NCBI GenBank assembly: GCA_000004985.1
Contig: GG738860.1
Direction: 5' to 3' (one strand)
Source of the DNA: Naegleria gruberi
Lineage: Eukaryota
DNA length: 64,000 nucleotides
Shown piece after piece: positions 11,042 to 22,436 of the stretch. Made by a program: the position numbers and the translations under genes. The stretch's first letter is position 1. The number at the start of each line of letters is the position of its first letter. The notes beneath the pieces were generated by a model. It saw nothing but the letters and a program-made list of their open reading frames with translations, ran no database searches and had not been told where the DNA came from.

Positions 11042-12106
11042 TTATTTCGACTCCAAACTACTATTGGATTGTGATTGTTTAGAGAGTGGTGTTCTGATTT
11101 TTACAGTACACCTTTTTTTCCATTTTGTTGGTGTGTCATCATCGCTTTTTCTCTTGTTCTTGTTTGGGGAATGGTCAACAAACGATGGTGAATACTTTTC
11201 TTCCTTTGGCTCTTCTTTTGGTGGTGGTGTGAGAATAATAATATTGGTATCGTCTGGCGATAGAATAATTGTGTGAATAGAACTGTCTTTTGTTTCCTCC
11301 TTTTTAATTGGACTAATAGCTTCCAGACCTCCATCAAAACTGTCTGTGAATGAAGAATCCACAAGGTTAATGGTGGTAGAATCACTCTTTCTCTTTGGAA
11401 TGGAGAAGAATGCAAGATTGGGAGTTACGGTTTTTGTCTTTAGCTGCTCTCGTTCTTTTTCTTCCTTAATTATAGAATTAATTATTTTTTCCTCGGGTAA
11501 TGGATTCGTCCTATCAATATTAGAATTATATCGTAGAATGAATTCCTTAATTCTCCAAATCATTTGTTCTCTGGTGCCATGGAGAGGTAATGAATATTTC
11601 TTCAAATATTCTTTGAGTTGATTGTTTTTCAATAATGAAAAACAAAGTGGTGGAAGTTTGCTTTTTTGAATTTGCTCGTGAGTATGTTTGTTGTTTTTAA
11701 GTTGTTCAGACCAGTCGAACGATTCTTGACTTTCACTGATTATTGATTTTTGATCTTCTCTCGTTTGGCTTATTTCCTGACTATGATTTCCAAATTTTTC
11801 CATAAGATCTTTCCTCGCTCTAATATACATATCCATCATATCCGAAACAAAAGGTATTTTAATGATATCACTCTTTGAATATTCCTCTTTACAGACAGGA
11901 CATTTGTTTCTAAATGAAAATTCTCTAGAAATACACAAATCACAAAAGAAGTGATTGCATGTTTTTACACATTTTGGATTATCCATAAATTCTTTACAAA
12001 TAGGACATTGCAAACTCCTCTCGAATTGTGACATTGAAGGAATACTTGACTCCCACCAATCTGCATCGGAAGAGTCCTCAACAGAGAGCAGTGGATGTTT
12101 TGACAT
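11042..12106 (-). CDS. RAD18: RAD18-like E3 ubiquitin ligase (RING + SAP), post-replication repair
   Basis: N-terminal C3HC4 RING (CPICKEFMDNPKCVKTCNHFFCDLCISREFSFRNKCPVCK) followed by a SAP motif (LKEYLKKYSLPLHGTREQMIWRIKEFILRYN; compare human RAD18 LKEHGLSIQGNKQQLIKRHQEFVHMYN). Single exon. Confidence 0.75.
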   Translation of the reverse strand: MSKHPLLSVEDSSDADWWESSIPSMSQFERSLQCPICKEFMDNPKCVKTCNHFFCDLCISREFSFRNKCPVCKEEYSKSDIIKIPFVSDMMDMYIRARKDLMEKFGNHSQEISQTREDQKSIISESQESFDWSEQLKNNKHTHEQIQKSKLPPLCFSLLKNNQLKEYLKKYSLPLHGTREQMIWRIKEFILRYNSNIDRTNPLPEEKIINSIIKEEKEREQLKTKTVTPNLAFFSIPKRKSDSTTINLVDSSFTDSFDGGLEAISPIKKEETKDSSIHTIILSPDDTNIIILTPPPKEEPKEEKYSPSFVDHSPNKNKRKSDDDTPTKWKKRCTVKIRTPLSKQSQSNSSLESK

Positions 12107-12239
12107 TTTTTTAATAATAATTAATTTTCAGTTCTTGCGCTTGATCGAACTCCAAATCACTGGTCATTTCGAGCATGAAGAAAATGGCGCCTAAATTGTA
12201 GTGTAACAGAAACCCTCTACAGTTTTCAAAATCAAAAAA
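12107..12239. promoter_or_regulatory. Short (133 bp) divergent intergenic region shared by RAD18-like (minus) and CFAP161-like (plus); candidate bidirectional promoter
   Basis: Start codons at 12106 (minus) and 12240 (plus) with no room for separate promoters. Inferred from gene arrangement only. Confidence 0.3.
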
Positions 12240-13124
12240 ATGCAATATTATACAACACAACAACTTCAAGGTCATACAACCTTTAAACCTCACGTTAGAA
12301 TCGGAAATTGGAATGAGGATATTGAATTAATGAACGAAAAACAAAAAGAATTAGAAAGAGCTAAGGATGCTGGTTTGCTTCCTCATCAAGTGATGGAAAA
12401 AAAGTTGCAACATCACATGGAACCAGTAACAATCAAATTTAATGAAGAAAAACAAATTAGATTCGGAGATATTGTTATGATAAAAAGTTTAAATACAAAT
12501 GGGTACTTGTCAATGGATTTGGATACACAACTTCATCATGTTCACGATAGATTTGCTTGCTCCACTTCTCCTTTGGTTAATTCGCCAGTGTCAAGGAATT
12601 GTTATATTGTCGAAAGAGTTGAGAACGATGTCAATATCGATATGATCATTCCTGATGAGGAAAGCCATTTACTTCACTATGGGCAAAAGTTTAGATTGAG
12701 ATGCGTTCCTCAATTTAGTGCACCTGTAAGTATTCTGAGTTCTTCAAACCTTAAAGATTAATCGATTATGCAGCTCTTTTTGAGATCAGAAAAGGCCTCA
12801 CCAACCTGCTTTGCTTCAGGAACTTCAAGCGCAGAGAAATGTCAAGAAGTTTCTGTTGACAAATTGTACACATATGATTCTGTTTGGAAATTTCAATACA
12901 TCCACAAAGGATTTAGACTTGAAAATGAAGGACAAGTGGTTACTCTTGATGATCCACTGATTGTCACTCACTGTGCAACAAATCAATGTTTGAATTCTAC
13001 AAAGAAAACAACTGTTTTGAATGATTTTGGACAAGAATTCCAAGTTTTCTGTAAAACCATGTTAACCATCCACAAGACTGAAGATGTATGCAATCATTTT
13101 GTTTTGACACAAGGAGGAAAATAA
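12240..13124 (+). CDS. CFAP161: CFAP161 (C15orf26)-like cilia/flagella-associated protein
   Basis: Two exons join(12240..12725,12774..13124); 48-nt intron GTAAGT...ATGCAG, phase 0. N-terminal signature HVRIGNWNEDIEL matches CFAP161 RVRMGNWNEDVYL. Further collinear blocks: LHYGQKFRL vs LRYGQDFCL, LIVTHCATNQCL vs ILINHCHTNRGL. Confidence 0.7.
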
Positions 13125-13171
13125 CACATCTTTCATTTGTTCATAATAAATTAGGTGGCATGTTTATATAT

Positions 13172-13756
13172 TTACAGAATGGTTTCTTTTGGTGTTGTTG
13201 AACTACTAATAACTATATCTGGTGATTCAACCTTAATAAATGGTACAACTACTGTATTATTAGATAAAGAGTTTGGGATTTTGATGGGATTCAATTTCTT
13301 GGGTATTAAAAGTGAATTGTTTTTTGTGATTGTAGGAGTTGACATTGAATTTTTCGAACGTTTGATAGAGGTAGTTGGGGTGTCATCCTTATCAGCATCA
13401 GATGTTGTAGACCCTTCCGAAGAAGTAGTTGGTGTTTCTGCATTATATTTTTCTCCAGCCTTAAGGAGCTCATTGCATGAGGCATATCCTCTCATTGGTT
13501 TCAAATCAATCTTATTAATTTTTGAATTATAGTTAACACCTCCATTAAGAATTGCTGATGATTTTGTGTGTTTTGATGAGGAAAAGTACTCTCTTGGAGA
13601 CATTCCTGCGGGTAATGTTATGGCATCCCCAAGAAGTGATCTCTTCAACATTTCAGCAACTCTTTCCAACTGTTGATCATCCATTGTTGCAGATGGGGGC
13701 TGTTGATGCTGACTATCATATCTATATTGATTGTTGAAAGAGGCGGTATTGCCCAT
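13172..13756 (-). CDS. Hypothetical protein with N-myristoylation-type start (MGNTAS), S/T/N-rich
   Basis: Minus ORF 13172..13876; internal ATG at 13756 gives the classic MGxxxS myristoylation consensus. No other recognisable domain. Confidence 0.4.
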   Translation of the reverse strand: MGNTASFNNQYRYDSQHQQPPSATMDDQQLERVAEMLKRSLLGDAITLPAGMSPREYFSSSKHTKSSAILNGGVNYNSKINKIDLKPMRGYASCNELLKAGEKYNAETPTTSSEGSTTSDADKDDTPTTSIKRSKNSMSTPTITKNNSLLIPKKLNPIKIPNSLSNNTVVVPFIKVESPDIVISSSTTPKETIL

Positions 13757-14113
13757 GTTTTTTTGTTGGCGCAAAAACCTGATAGAGTTCTCACAAGTAG
13801 ACATCTTAATATGGATCAGGCTTAGTTGTTGATAATGTGAGAGGAAGTTGCTACAATTGTGCAACAAGCCCATCAACGGAGGTGCGGTTGAGATTTCGTT
13901 TCAAATTACAGCCATTCAGAATTGGTTTTTGGAAACCTTAATAAAAAATTGTGTCCGGTGTTGAATTTGCAAATAAGGTTTCTGTATGGACATGTCCATA
14001 CAGAAATTCAACTTAAGTTTCCAAACAGTACGGAATATCCATTGTGCAATCGATATGAAATAGATTTGAATAGTGATAATAAATCATTGTTTTTCATGAA
14101 TTAATATTTGGTT

Positions 14114-16209
14114 TTACTTTTTCTTTGTTGTCTTCTTCTTTTTCTTTGGTTTTTCAGAAACGGATGAATTGAATAAGGATACAGATTCTTTGCTCTTCTT
14201 TTGTTGGAGTTTTTGTTGTTTGGCAGCAAATTGTTTGGCAGCTTTTTGGTTATGATTTGACTTGTTCAAGAAGGATGGTTTGGACACACTACTGGTGTTC
14301 TTATGGCCTTTTTGGCTTCCTTGTTTGGATGTTGATGATTGCATGATGGATAACAATTCTTGAGAGTTTGAAAATGAAGAAATTGAATCCAAAGATGGAG
14401 TAGGCATCATTGATGATGGTTCATCATTGTCTACGAGAGATAATGATTGTTTTTCAATTTCACGTTTTCTCTTCTTGATGGCATTTCTATAAGCTTCCAT
14501 TTGCTTCTTTTCAGCTTCCTTCTTTTTCTCCTCAGCTTCCTTTCTTTCCTTCCTTTCTACTTCCTGCTTTGTATCAGATTTTGATGTGGATGGGATTGCA
14601 ATCTTTGAAAGGGTCATATTGAGAAGTTTAGAACCTCTGGATGAGAATTGACCATAACCACCATCCTTTCTTTGTAATGTTTTAAGATTTTCTTGATTCT
14701 TTTCCAATTGTGCAGCAAGTTGTTTTGGTGTTAGTTTGGCAGAGACAATCTTCTTTCTTCTTGCCCCTAATATGTCATATTCATCATCGTCATCTCCTCC
14801 AAAGCTCATCATGGACATGGTTTCATCTTCCTCTTCGTCTGAAAGACCGGTAATTTCACTTTCTGCTTCTTCATTTCCATAAATGTCTTCTGCCTCTGGA
14901 TCAGAATCAGAAAATGTGACAAAGTCTCCAATTTCTTTTTCAATTTCCTTTTCATCCATATCGTTCAAGTCATCGAATGTCTTATAGTCCAACACATTTC
15001 CTTCATCATCTTCTTCTTCGCATTCATCTGACATGTAGGCTTGGGCTGCCTTAGCTTCCTCTTTCATATCATCAATATATTTCTTAAGGGCCATCTTTTT
15101 CGCCAATTCCTTTCTTTCTTGCTTTTCCTTTTCTTCTTCAGTAAGCTCAACTGTTTCTTCCTCTTCCTGTTCAGAACTCTCTGCTTCATCTTCTTCAGCA
15201 GGTAAATCTGTGGCAAGAGTCATAGTTTGAGGAAGTGGTTCATTAAATGTATCAGTAATGTTGGTTTCTTCAGGTTTATCCACAACATTATCTGACTCAT
15301 CACCCTCTTTCTTTGATTCATCACCTTCTTCATCAGTAGTGGAAACTACTTGTTCTCCTTCTTTGGCTTCTGTTTCATCTTCATCATCTTCATCATCCTC
15401 ATCTTCTTGATTTGGTTCAAAATCTCCATCCTCATCTTCATCATCATTCATTTCTGTTGGTAACATTGCTCCAGGTTTCAATTCTTTAGTAACAACCAAA
15501 TCAAAGTCATCATCGGATGAATCGTCATCATCCTCGTCATCATCACCATCCATAGCATGTTTCAATGTTGACATTTCCTTATCATCCACAAATTTATCAA
15601 CTCTAATTTCTGGTCGTAAAGGTCTTTTGTGACTTAAATGGTCAATTAGAATTAATTCGAATTCAACACTACGTACCAAGCAAAACTATTAACAATTGGC
15701 CCCAAGTGAGTTAAAATTTTAGGAATCAAATCATCCAATGAATTGATATATTTTACAGGTCTTGAGGGTAAATCTTCATCAATAGTTTTGTTTCTCTTAT
15801 ATTGTGCATAGACTGCATCTTCCATATCTTTAACTTGCTTTTCCTTTTTCTTTGATTTGTTTCTGGATCTCTTCTTTCTACCCTTGGAAGTCTTTTCACT
15901 CTTTTCGGTTGTTTCTTCTTCGTCTGCTTGTTCTCCATCATCATTGTTGGTAGTTTCTTCTTCTTCATTTGTTGTTGATTTTCTTTTCATTGATAAGAGT
16001 AATGATTCATCTACTGGTGCTGCATCATCATCTAACAGGGCATCCAAATCATCAAATCCTCCCATCGAAACTCTCATCTTGGCCAATTGTTTAATTTTCA
16101 TCACACTATCCAAATCTATTTCTTCCTCTTCATCAAATTTTACATCACCACCATCTTGTTGCATTTCCTCATCCTCCGAATTTTCGTGATGATTATTTGT
16201 TTGTTCCAT
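14114..16209 (-). CDS. Highly acidic, lysine-tailed nuclear/nucleolar-type low-complexity protein (about 690 aa)
   Basis: Two minus ORFs (15652..16209 and 14114..15679) are joined by a 44-nt intron (15633..15676; donor TG|GTACGT phase 2, acceptor ATTTAAG). This gives complement(join(14114..15632,15677..16209)). Long D/E tracts, KKRKREIEK and a C-terminal KKKKKTTKKK tail. Family not identified. Confidence 0.55.
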
Positions 16210-16468
16210 TGTTATTGTTGTGGAATCTTTTTTGTGGTATTTTTTTTAATTTATTTGAATGATAACAGTTGGAAAAGGCGGGAAAGAAATTGAGTCTAAC
16301 TATTCCACATTGACAATTACATGACTAAAACAATTTCGTGGAAAATTTAAAGATCAAAATCAATATATCAGTATTTGTCTTGATGATTTGAAACGAAATT
16401 ATTATGACGCTTTGTTTCAGTTCATAAGTATTTTTTGAAATATTTGAAATTATTTAAAAATCTTAAAA

Positions 16469-17833
16469 ATGTCGCAACGATTGAAACCTTTCACTTCTGT
16501 GACTTTTAGTAAATGTTCGGATGTTGAGAAGGCTAAGCAACATCTCCGAGAATATAAAGCAACAGGTGGCGATGAATCTCTTACAAGAGAATACATCTTG
16601 AATCCTTTTATTTATGAGCCTTTGATGAAGTTTGTTCCAAAGACTCTTGCGTAGGTTTTAATAATTTATATTCGGAATGATGACGATCGATAATTGTGAT
16701 AATAATAATGAAAACAGACCAAACGTTATTACATTGGGTGGATTTATGTGTTTATTAATTTCTGGAATTTGTTCTTTTATTACTTGTCCAACTTTCACAG
16801 AACCTGTGCCTTCATGGGTTTTTCTTATCAATGGTATTGCATTGTTTTGGTATCAAACATTGGATAATATGGATGGAAAACAAGCACGTAATACTGGAAC
16901 AAGTTCACCTCTTGGAGAATTGTTTGACCATGGTGTTGATGCTTTAGGTAGGTTGACCAACATCTTTTTGATTTGTTTACATGATCGAATAGCTACTACT
17001 ATTTGTGCCATTTCATTTTTGTGCACATGTGGTCAAGGTGCCTCAATTACTTCTTATGCCATTTGTCTGATTGGTTATGTTCCATTTATTTTTGCTACCA
17101 TGGAGGAATATTATATTGGAGGATTATATTTAGGAAAGATTAATGGACCTATTGAAGGAGTTTTAGGTTTTATTACAATTCAATTTGTTGGATTTTTATT
17201 TGGTTATGAATTCTTCCATAAACCAATGCTTGGTCCAATTCCATTTTGGGTTTTATTCACAGTTCCAACTTTCTGGTAAGTTGACCTATTCGAATCTATC
17301 AAATTTTTGACATTTTCTCTAGTGCAGCAATGTACTCTTCTGCTGAAAATGTTATGAATATTATCAAGAAGATTAAGAGTAATAAGAAGGCTCTTGAGGA
17401 AAATAAGGTATCTGAAGCTGAAAAATCTTCTCCATGTTTTGAAACTGATGTTGTTAAGGCATTCCTTCCAGTCATTCCATTCGGTATTTTAATTGGGTCA
17501 TACTTTGTTATCTCAATGGTTGATCCAACTGTAAAGAGTCATCCATTTGCATTCCTGATTAGTATGGGATTTGGATTTGGATATTTGGCAAGTAATTTGA
17601 CACTTTCATTCCTTCTCAAGAAACCACTAGCCACTTCTTCCTATATGTGTATTTTACCAGCTGTTTATTTGGTTAACACGCTATTAGGATCAATTATTCC
17701 TGGTCATATTTGCTTATTTGCCTGTTTGATTGTTTCTGCAGCCATTTATGTAAATTATGTTTTGTCTATTATTGATGATATTTGCAATGCATTGGGAATC
17801 AACATGTTCTCAATTTCTAAGAAGAAACAATAA
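16469..17833 (+). CDS. CEPT1: Choline/ethanolamine phosphotransferase (CDP-alcohol phosphotransferase family, CEPT1/CHPT1-like)
   Basis: Three exons join(16469..16650,16718..17275,17323..17833); introns 67 nt (GTAGGT...AACAG) and 47 nt (GTAAGT...CTCTAG), both phase 2. Catalytic motif DNMDGKQARNTGTSSPLGELFDHGVDAL (D-G-x2-A-R-x8-G-x3-G-x3-D). N-terminal block LTREYILNPFIYEPLMKFVPKTLAPNVITLGGF is collinear with human CEPT1. Confidence 0.82.
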
Positions 17834-17835
17834 AT

Positions 17836-18672
17836 TCAAACAAAACATCTGAAGAAACTTTTACTCTTTTCATTTTCTTTAGCATTCAAAGCAACATTTT
17901 CAAAAATGTCTTTGGATTCAATGATAACATGTTCTTCCTTGATTGGTTGAACTAGATCTGTGTTGACAATTTTGAGTCGTTCACGAATAGCTTTTTCTAT
18001 TACTGATACAATAGAGGCTCCTGTTCTAGCTGAACAAGTTGCCTTAAAACAATTAGTTTTTGAGGAAAGGTTTTTGAATATCTCGTTCAATTGTTTTTCA
18101 TCAACAACTGTTGATGGAAGATCAATCTTATTTCCTAATAATACACAATTAATTGATGAAAGATCCACAACTTTCTCAACTTCCTTTATCCAAGACTCGA
18201 TATGCAGCAATGATTCCACCTCTGTACAATCATACACAAATATAATTAAATCTGATTGTCTATAATATGATTTGTGTATTGTTCTAAAGCGTTCCTGTCC
18301 AGCTGTATCATATACTGTTTTAAGGCAATTTATATTTAGTAATACGATCATCATACTGAGTACTAGAAATTATTACTCACTCGTTAATTTTACATTCTTT
18401 TCATCAAGCTTTACTATTTTACTGACAAAATCTACAGCAACTGTCGAAGCTACTGAAGAAAATGTATCATCAATATATCTTTTAATAATACATCTGTGTG
18501 CATAAACGCATTCAATAACAAAATTCCGAAAAATCCAACACCATTCAAAACAAGGGTCGATTAGAGCAATGTATAAAATAATGAAACTTTACGTTTTACC
18601 AACGCTCACATCTCCTAAAAAACAAACTTTCAAAGAAATATCATAATCATCCTCACATTCCAATAAGGACAT
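17836..18672 (-). CDS. Rab-like small GTPase lacking C-terminal prenylation cysteines (RABL2-like, tentative)
   Basis: Three exons complement(join(17836..18314,18381..18493,18593..18672)); introns 66 nt (GTGAGT) and 99 nt (GTAAAG). G1 GDVSVGKT; G3 DTAGQERF followed by KSYYRQSD; G4 GNKID; G5 SAR. Ends ...FFRCFV with no CC/CXC. 222 aa. RABL2 has the similar KICLGDSAVGKS / DTAGQERF...ASYYHKA pattern and is likewise unprenylated. Confidence 0.65.
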
Positions 18673-19000
18673 TTTTTTTTATGAAATCTTGTGCGCACTC
18701 TGAGTAATAATTCACTAACTGGATTTTGAACAGGCCACAGCTCAGCAAGTCAACCAAAGATTTTAAATCACTCTCTCAAGAAAACCTTAAAAGTGATGGG
18801 CTTAATTTTGAAATTTAACCGGACTTTGAAGATCTTTTTTCTGCTGAAATAGTTAAATTTTTCATCCTAACCAACCAATTACACATTCAATTTATAATCG
18901 AATAAGAATATATATTAGTTTAAATAAACATAAATAATAACACGTGTTTTGTTTTTATTAAAATCTTTAAATTTTCCAATTTTTTACATTAATAAAAAAA

Positions 19001-20421
19001 ATGGCTCCACAAACATCAGCTAAAACATCATCTTCCGAATTAAAAAATCGGAAACAAGATTTGGAACAAATTAAAGATGATGAAATTGAAATTACCAGTG
19101 ATGAAGAGGCTGAACTCTTAAAAGAGGAAGAAGAAGAAGAAAAAAAGAAAATGTTACAGGCTGGATACAAGCCTCCACAGTGGACAGAATCTTTTTGGAT
19201 TAAATGTTTAGGTCTTGCATTTCCAATTTTGCTATCTTTAGGAGATGTTGTTTTATTTGTTTTTGAGTATTTATTTACTAACACTATTGTTCAAACCTTA
19301 CTTGCTTCCGTTTCATTCCATAAATATAGATCATTTTCATCTATTCACAAGTGTGATAGTTGTAAAATTAATTTGGATTTGAATTCAACTGTCACAACCA
19401 ATACGGAAGCATTTTCAGCTTTTAATGAAGTCATGAATATGGATTGGAAGTCTTGTTTAACATGTGTATTTTCAGAGGATGCATCTTTAATTATGCTCAA
19501 CTTTTTATATGTTGCTGTTTGGTCATTCTGTATTTGTTATTATTTCACATGGAGATATGGTGTTAAACTTGGTAAAATTAGAAAGCCAAGTGCTAAAGCA
19601 ATTTTAGTAATTTTGACAATAATTATCGGAATGGTTTTGTTGGTTTGGTATCAATATCAAAATAATGAATGGATTTACTCCATGTCTAATTTTACTGCCA
19701 TTAAGAGAGATACTAAAAATCCATTTGGATTCTTTGGCAATGAAACTGAAATTGAAGCACCAATCGAAGATGATATTACTTCCTTTGTTAGTGAAACAGA
19801 AACCATCAATACTACAATCCCAAATCTTTTAGAACAAGAAGGTACTCAAGTAGACTATCTCAAGATGATTCAATTAATGATTGGTTCTCCAATTGTGGAA
19901 GAAATTATTCTCAGAGTTGTACTTGTCCATATGTTCTTTAGAAGAACTGGTAGACCAGTTGTAAGCTTTGTAATGACTAATACTTTGTTTGCAGTCCTCC
20001 ACATGTTTTCAGTCAACTGGGGAGCATCCTACGTGTACACTTATTATCAAGTTCTTGCTGGTTTTGTTTTGGGAATGTTCTACAGTACTAGATATTATTT
20101 GACAGAAAACTTGGCAGAAAATGCATTATTGCACATTGCTAACAATGTCTCTGCAATCTTCTTGCCAGTTACCTTAACATTTGACGACATCTATCCAAAA
20201 TATGTTATTCCAGGTAAGTTTTTGATTTGGAATTAAGATTTAACCCTCAATTATTAGTTGTTTTGTCATTTGCTTTCTACATTGTCATGTTGATTTTGGA
20301 TCTCAATAAGGTAATGAATATGCCAACAAAGCAAATCGTACCAGTGATTGTTGAGGAAAACAAATCAACTTCCACTCCTCCAACAACCTCAACAAATAAT
20401 GAGGACAAAAAGAAGAAATAA
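19001..20421 (+). CDS. RCE1: CAAX prenyl protease 2 (RCE1-like, CPBP intramembrane metalloprotease) with N-terminal acidic extension
   Basis: Two exons join(19001..20213,20258..20421); 44-nt intron GTAAGT...TTATTAG, phase 1. CPBP motifs EEIILR (EExxxR), FAVLH (FxxxH), HIANN (HxxxN) embedded in hydrophobic helices. Confidence 0.75.
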
Positions 20422-20549
20422 ATTTTAATATTTATAAATGACTCGTAATCTTATTCGAAACTCAGTTATTGATGAAAATGCCACAGATCAAAATTTTAAA
20501 GCATTGCACAAATAGTTCAACATTCCAATATAATATTTCAACTTTAAAC

Positions 20550-22238
20550 TTAATGTCTCCAACTATTTAGGGTTAGAACTCAATAGTAAAATTAAAAAAC
20601 TTACATCTTCAACATTCTGTCCTTACCACCAGAGGCAGCTTTATCACCACCAGGAGACCAATCGACAGCAAAAACTTCATCGTAGTGACCAGGCATATCA
20701 TTGAGAAGTTGACGTTTTTGAACATCCCACACCTTAGCAGTCGAATCCTTACTAGCAGAAAGTAATAATCTAGAGTCACCACTCCAACAACATTGATAAA
20801 CAGCACCAACGTGACCTCTCATACTACATAAATATTTACCAGTTTGGGCATCCCACAATTTGATTGTCTTATCAAATGAAGCACTAGCAATAAGTCTACC
20901 ATCTGGTGAAAATTTAACTTGATTGACAACTCCCTTGTGACCAGTTAATCTAGCAATTGGTTTATCACTCTTTGAAGGTTCCCATAAAATAAGAGTATTA
21001 TCATCTGAACCTGTTATTATTCTAATTGGTTGAGAACCGAATGTCTTATTGTACAAGCTCAATAAATCTTCCTTTCTCTTATCAACTTCTTCTTTAGCTT
21101 CTGGGAGAGGTTCACAATTGTGATCAAAAGCACCTCTTCTTAAAAAGTATTCAGTACTAACAGACATGGTATTAACCCAGTGAGCATGTCCAGATAAAAC
21201 TTGTACACATTGTTTAGTATCAGTATTCCACAATCTAATAGTACAATCCTGAGAACAACTATACAGAATATCATTCAAACCCCACATAATTCCAGAAACA
21301 CCTTTTGAGTGACCAGAAAGTGTAAATTCCTTTTGTGTCATTACTGTATCCCAAATAATAATTGTACCATCCTTACTACAACTTGCCAATCTCTTACATG
21401 CAGTATTTTTCAAAAATGGTTCCCAACTCAAACCAGTAATCCACTTTTTGTGACCTTTCAATACTTTTCCACACTTTTTACCACTATCTCCATACCAAAT
21501 TTTAATATTGCAATCTTTACTACCACTTGCAAGTTTTTTAGCATCTGGAGACCAAGCAACACATAAAACCCAACTTTCGTGACCTTTAAGAGTATGTTGT
21601 GGAGTTTCAGTATTCAAATCCCAAATTCTAACAGTATTATCACCTGAACCAGTTGCTAATTGTTCACCATTTGGAGAGAAATTAACAGATAAAATAGCTT
21701 CAGAGTGACCTTCAAGTGTTGAAGTACATCTACTGACAGGTCTAACTCTAAACAATGCTTGAGGATGATAGACAATCTTTAAAGGAGCATCTTGTGTTGA
21801 TGCAAAATCAAATAAATCTTGTCTCTTTTTCAAAGCAAGTTGATTTTTAGAATTCAATTGTTCTGTAAGTGTTGCCATTAAAGTATCTCTAACACTTGCT
21901 TGAATTTCTTCACCATTCACAGAGAAGGAATATGGTAATTCTTCTGTATTATCAAGAAAGAGGTTACTATTCAAAAGTTGATTTAATTGAAGTTTAGACA
22001 TGTTAGCATCAATTTCAACTGTAGTACCAGACTTTTCATCATCAATTCCACTCACAAATTCAACAAAATATCTTCTTTCAGATGCAATACCTGTGAGTGT
22101 TTCTTCCGATGAGGTTTTTAATTGTTTTGCTTGATTTTCAATAAGATCACCCGATGATGAAGAGGCCTCATTTGTTGTCGATGTTGTTGTTGCTTCGGAG
22201 AGTTTTCTCTTCTGTGCAGAGGATTTTTTAGCATTCAT
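20550..22238 (-). CDS. NLE1: Notchless homolog (NLE1/Rsa4), WD40 ribosome-biogenesis factor
   Basis: Collinear with human NLE1 from IVYHPQALFRVRPVSRCTSTLEGHSEAILSVNFSPNG through KAASGGKD. The main ORF ends ...KDRMLKM*. A 42-nt intron (20563..20604; donor AT|GTAAGT, acceptor AAATAG) plus a 13-nt terminal exon (20550..20562) restores the conserved ending KDRMLKIWRH (human KDKCLRIWRR). Exons complement(join(20550..20562,20605..22238)). Confidence 0.8.
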
Positions 22239-22436
22239 TTTTTTTATGAATTATTTTTTGATGAAGTTCAAAAATAATTATTATTTGTTTTAATCATTGT
22301 TTCAAAGCAGCTTTGGAAAGATGGAAATTTGTGGCTGGAAAGAGTATGTGAAGGTTGTGAGTAAGAATTCTAAAGGATTTATGGAAGGGTTTACTGGTTG
22401 GGATGGGTTAATGTACATTAAAGATGGTGCTGGTGG

